64,000 nt of DNA, taken from contig MU008164.1 in the NCBI GenBank assembly GCA_010909165.1, forward strand, positions 1,674,001-1,738,000. The letters are read 5' to 3'. This document shows, piece after piece, positions 60,425-64,000 of this stretch; position 1 is the first letter of the stretch, and each line of letters begins with the position of its first letter. Below the pieces are notes generated by a model, which worked only from the letters and a program-made list of their open reading frames with translations, was not told where the DNA came from and searched no databases. This stretch comes from Anthoceros angustus. Lineage: Eukaryota > Plantae > Anthocerotophyta. Made by a program: the position numbers and the translations under genes.

Positions 60425-61034
60425 CCCTTCACGCGTTCCATTGTTGGCATGTCACATTGTGAAGGCCTAGCTAGGCTCCTGCTCCGTGTTGTATTCGGCT
60501 TTATTGTCGGCGCTCTGGGTTGTGCCTACCATCACTTGACACTCAACACGTGATATACTTGGCTTCCACATAATTCATCTGGCCAATCCTGTTGGAATCT
60601 TGAAACACGACTTCCACCAATGGCTGCAGCTTCAGAGTGCCATTCACTGCTACTTCTACAAGGTAATGTGTCGCAGAGGTCACACACGAGGAGGGAGGCC
60701 AGCGCGCCCAGGTGAACTAGGGCGATATTCAACATTGAAGGAAGGGGGTGCTTCTCGTGCTCTCAACCAAATTTACTTCAGACCTTTTGCAGGAAACGAT
60801 TGGCAGCCTTCTGGACACTTTCGGCTACTTCTCTCCGGTCTGAGGTTCTACCCATTACATCATCAAGGAACTTCAATGGACAGAGCTTCCAACAACAGGT
60901 ACTCAACTGCTTGATCGTCTATTCTGCAAACTTATCGAGACTCTGAACCCTTGAGCTTCACCTCCGGACTTTGAGCCGTGTCCTAAAGTGCACATGGACT
61001 ACACACACCTGACACAGTTGAACATGGAAACGTG

Positions 61035-63000
61035 TCAAACACAGAGATCATTCGGTAAGAAGAATCGCTCCAGAATAAGGTACTCTCACCTTTGGAAATG
61101 AGACTCCATGCATTGTCGAGAATGTTGTATCCCACCAAGTGCGTTCACAACCCCTCTTCAGGGTTGAGGACAGTGTCACTAAAAATAGTGAAGTAGATGG
61201 TATCACCTAACAATCTAACAAGGTTGCTCAATCAGCTACTTCACCGTTGCTACTGACATTGTCCTCGGCCTTGTCATGCACCCTTAATGTCATCCAATGC
61301 TCTCCATATATCTGGGTCCAAAAGTATCCCCCGCCATGCAAAGAATTTGCACATAACTCTTGGCACTGTATCCTCATCTTCGTCGGGACGTTGGTACTCC
61401 TCAAATAACCTCGGCCACCTCGTGTGTGGCCTCTGCGCGAGATTACCCTCTTTATGCTTCTGCGCAAGATTACCCTCTTTATGCTTCTCCGCAAGATTAC
61501 CTCTTTATGGCCTCTGCGCGAGATTACCTCTTTATGGCTTCTGCGCGAGATTACCTCTTTATGGCCTCTTGCGCGAGATTACCTCTTTATGGCCTCTGCG
61601 CGACATTACTCTTTATAACAGAAACAGTAACTCAGCCCCTTTCGAGATAGAGGATGTTTATCTCCCTGGTCCCCTTTGTTTCTTACAGTTCACTATTGCA
61701 CAAAAACTACTGAGGCCAACCGTTGTTTCCTAGGAAGGCCAGTGCACAAAAACTACTGAGGCCAACTGCTGTTTCCTAGGACGACCGGTGCACAAAAACT
61801 ACTCAGGCCAGTTGTTGTTTCGTATGAAGATGAAAAACCAGAGTGGCTGCGTCGGGGCCGTGGCGTGCCAGCTATTATCCTTGGACCTGTAATGCTTACA
61901 GGTTCTATATCTTTCTGCACACACAAAACAATGACGGTGATGTGCGCGCTTTCTTCCAAATGAAGCCTTGTTTGTGGTGCAATCTGCCCCTGGAGATAAT
62001 TCTGGCCAGGCTGCGATTGGGCAGCCGCGTTTGCTTCTCCATTGTCTCCAAGGACTGGCAGTCTTCCTTAGCATCCACATATTTCACGCGCGTGTGACTC
62101 CGTGGAGCCTCACCTGCACTTCCGGTGTGTAGAATGTAGTACGAGCTTGGCGAGTTGGCTTCTTTCGAGACGCGAGCTCAAACGCTGTCTGAAATGGGCA
62201 GATGGAGGTTCTCGAGGTTAACTTGTCTTTCCTTCCTCTAGAATTCCAAACTTTCGGAATCCAAGAATACGTTGTGAAGGACGGATTGGTTTGCATCTTC
62301 AAGGCTGACAGACAAACAGAAGCATGAAAGACCAAAGGTTGAAACTCAGAGTGTGTATCCCTAGCCGTCCCCATCCCCATCCCCTGCAACCCAGCGCCAT
62401 ATAATTGAGAGACCGACATATGGGGACGCTGAGTCTCAGGCTTCTGTCCGTCAACCTTGAAGATGCATCAATCCGTCCTTGACAAGGAACTCCCGGGCTC
62501 TGAAAGCATGGAGTTCAGGAGGAAGAAAAGACAAGCCAAACTCGAGATCCGCCAACTCCCCCTTTCAGACCCCGCTTGAGCGCTCGTCTCGAAACAATCC
62601 AGCTCTCCAAGCTAGCTCGCCAAGGTCATACTGCAAGCTGTACACCGGAGGGTGCAAGTCCAGGCTCCACGGAATCATACAAGCCCTTCAAATCTGAAGA
62701 TGCCAAGACAGACTGCCAGGGTTAACGATAGAGAAGCGAACGCGGCTGCCCAATGGCAGCCTTGCCAGAATCATCTCCAGACACTCTTGGTACAGATTAC
62801 TCCACAAACAAGGCTTCATCTTGAAGCTGTGTGCATGCAACGGTTCCGCCAACCAACCTTGCAAGACTTGCAGCTGTTACAGGGTTTCTCGATCCATGTT
62901 CGCACTTGAAGCAACTCATGCCTCTGATGATCATTGGTTGGTCCTCCCCAGCCTCCGCGTGAGAAGACTGTCCCACAAAAAGACGACCCCTCCTCATCCC
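61035..63000. pseudogene. Mosaic of F-box relics: C-terminal piece on - (61035-61958), F-box piece on + (61960-62350), N-terminal piece on - (62352-63000)
   Basis: Homology to 56065-57996 in alternating orientation. Confidence 0.75.
61428..61612. repeat. 27-bp minisatellite (~7 copies) inserted in the F-box relic
   Basis: Unit gcgcgagattacctctttatggcctct. Confidence 0.9.
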
Positions 63001-63399
63001 TGGCGAAGAACTGCGGCTCAGTCTCAGAAGTTCCTAGTTTCAGCAGGAAGGACAGCCATGACGAGCGCGCCGAGGCCCAAAACAAGGCCCCAAGTGCGTC
63101 CCTTAGGCAGGTAACGGTCGCTTGTCAGGGCGCCCGGCCTCGAACGTTCTCGGCCGTGGCACCCCCTTCAAGCGACGGTGACCTAATACGACCACTCGGG
63201 CGACCAGCCAGCTCAGTCCAATAAAGTTCCCAGCCCTCCTCATCCCTGGCGGCTTCAGTCTGAGAAGTTCCTAGTTCCGGCGGGAATGACAGAATCACAG
63301 GCATTTCAAACCCTTGTGTGACTGGGATTTCTACGGCAGAAGTGGCCAGCCAATACCTAGAACCGTTATTCTTTTATTAGCGAATATATTCGTATACGC

Positions 63400-64000
63400 C
63401 CCGTATGCATGCTCTGTCTAACGCCATGTTCGACACTTTCACCAGAAAGGATGTGGTGACATAGGCGGCACTAGAGCTGGCTGGGTATGCAATGCAAGGG
63501 CTCAGCCAATAGAGCAAGAGAGCCTGATTGTGGCTGACCATGTTACTTTTGCTTGCATGCATTCTGAAGGCCTGTGCAAGCACTGGCGCCTGACAGAAAG
63601 GCAGGGAGCAACTGCACTTCCAAATTGTGGAAGGGGGACAGGTATAATGTGACATTTTGATGGGCAACAGTACTGACTGCCTGGTGGACGTGTATGCAAA
63701 ATTTAACGAACTGCAAGATGCACGCCGGGTGTTTGACAGTTGGGCCTCTCAAGGAATGTGGTGCCATGTACTTCCTTGACAGCTGGGTACGCACAGAAAG
63801 GGCTCTGTGAAGAGTGCTTGATCTGTGTGCAGCAACAGAGTAGGAGCTCCTGGTTTTGACTATCGAGGTTCCTTTTGCTTGCCTTTTCAAGGCGGATGGG
63901 AGCACTTGTGCCTTGCAAAATCTGAGGGCAGGCAGCTCTAATCACAGATTGTAAAACGAAGGTTGCTGAAAGTGACACGCTGGTGGGTATGGCGAAGGTA
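63400..64000 (+). pseudogene. Degenerate PPR fragments
   Basis: MFDTF.RKDVVT*AAL.LAGYA; LVDVYAKF.ELQDARRVFD; TAGYAQKGL. Confidence 0.7.

Overview
Eukaryotic DNA from a compact-genome, seed-free land plant. This is inferred from ~60-140 nt GT-AG introns, PLS-class PPR genes, TTTAGGG telo-boxes and a ciliary CCDC113-like gene; a hornwort or Selaginella-like lycophyte would fit. Bases 1-14 kb hold five apparently intact genes: an SLC35F-type transporter (runs off the left edge), a GH31 alpha-glucosidase/xylosidase with a plastid/thylakoid-Tat-like leader, an SRC2-like C2 protein, a GPI-type GH17+X8 beta-1,3-glucanase and CCDC113. Bases 14-64 kb are a rearranged graveyard of shuffled gene fragments (F-box family with long acidic tracts, PPR, ELP2 5' end, germin, ADH), Copia relics and minisatellites, often joined at microhomologies or perfect palindromes. 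The main structure is a chromovirus-type Ty3/Gypsy element (31849-54437, 5-bp TSD GCGAG) whose RT is split in frame, with no target duplication, by a ~13.6-kb insertion (34035-51670 once a 4-kb tandem duplication is removed). That insertion carries an intron-containing Crypton/DUF3504-type tyrosine recombinase gene (R-K-[H>K]xxR-H-Y motifs), a TATA/telo-box promoter, a ~30-bp-period motif array and a probable second divergent gene. It is my best candidate for an under-described system: a large YR-mobilised DNA transposon in a land plant. Caveats: all family assignments are by eye from motifs, with no database search. Many frameshifts and duplicated blocks in 31-54 kb could be long-read assembly noise.
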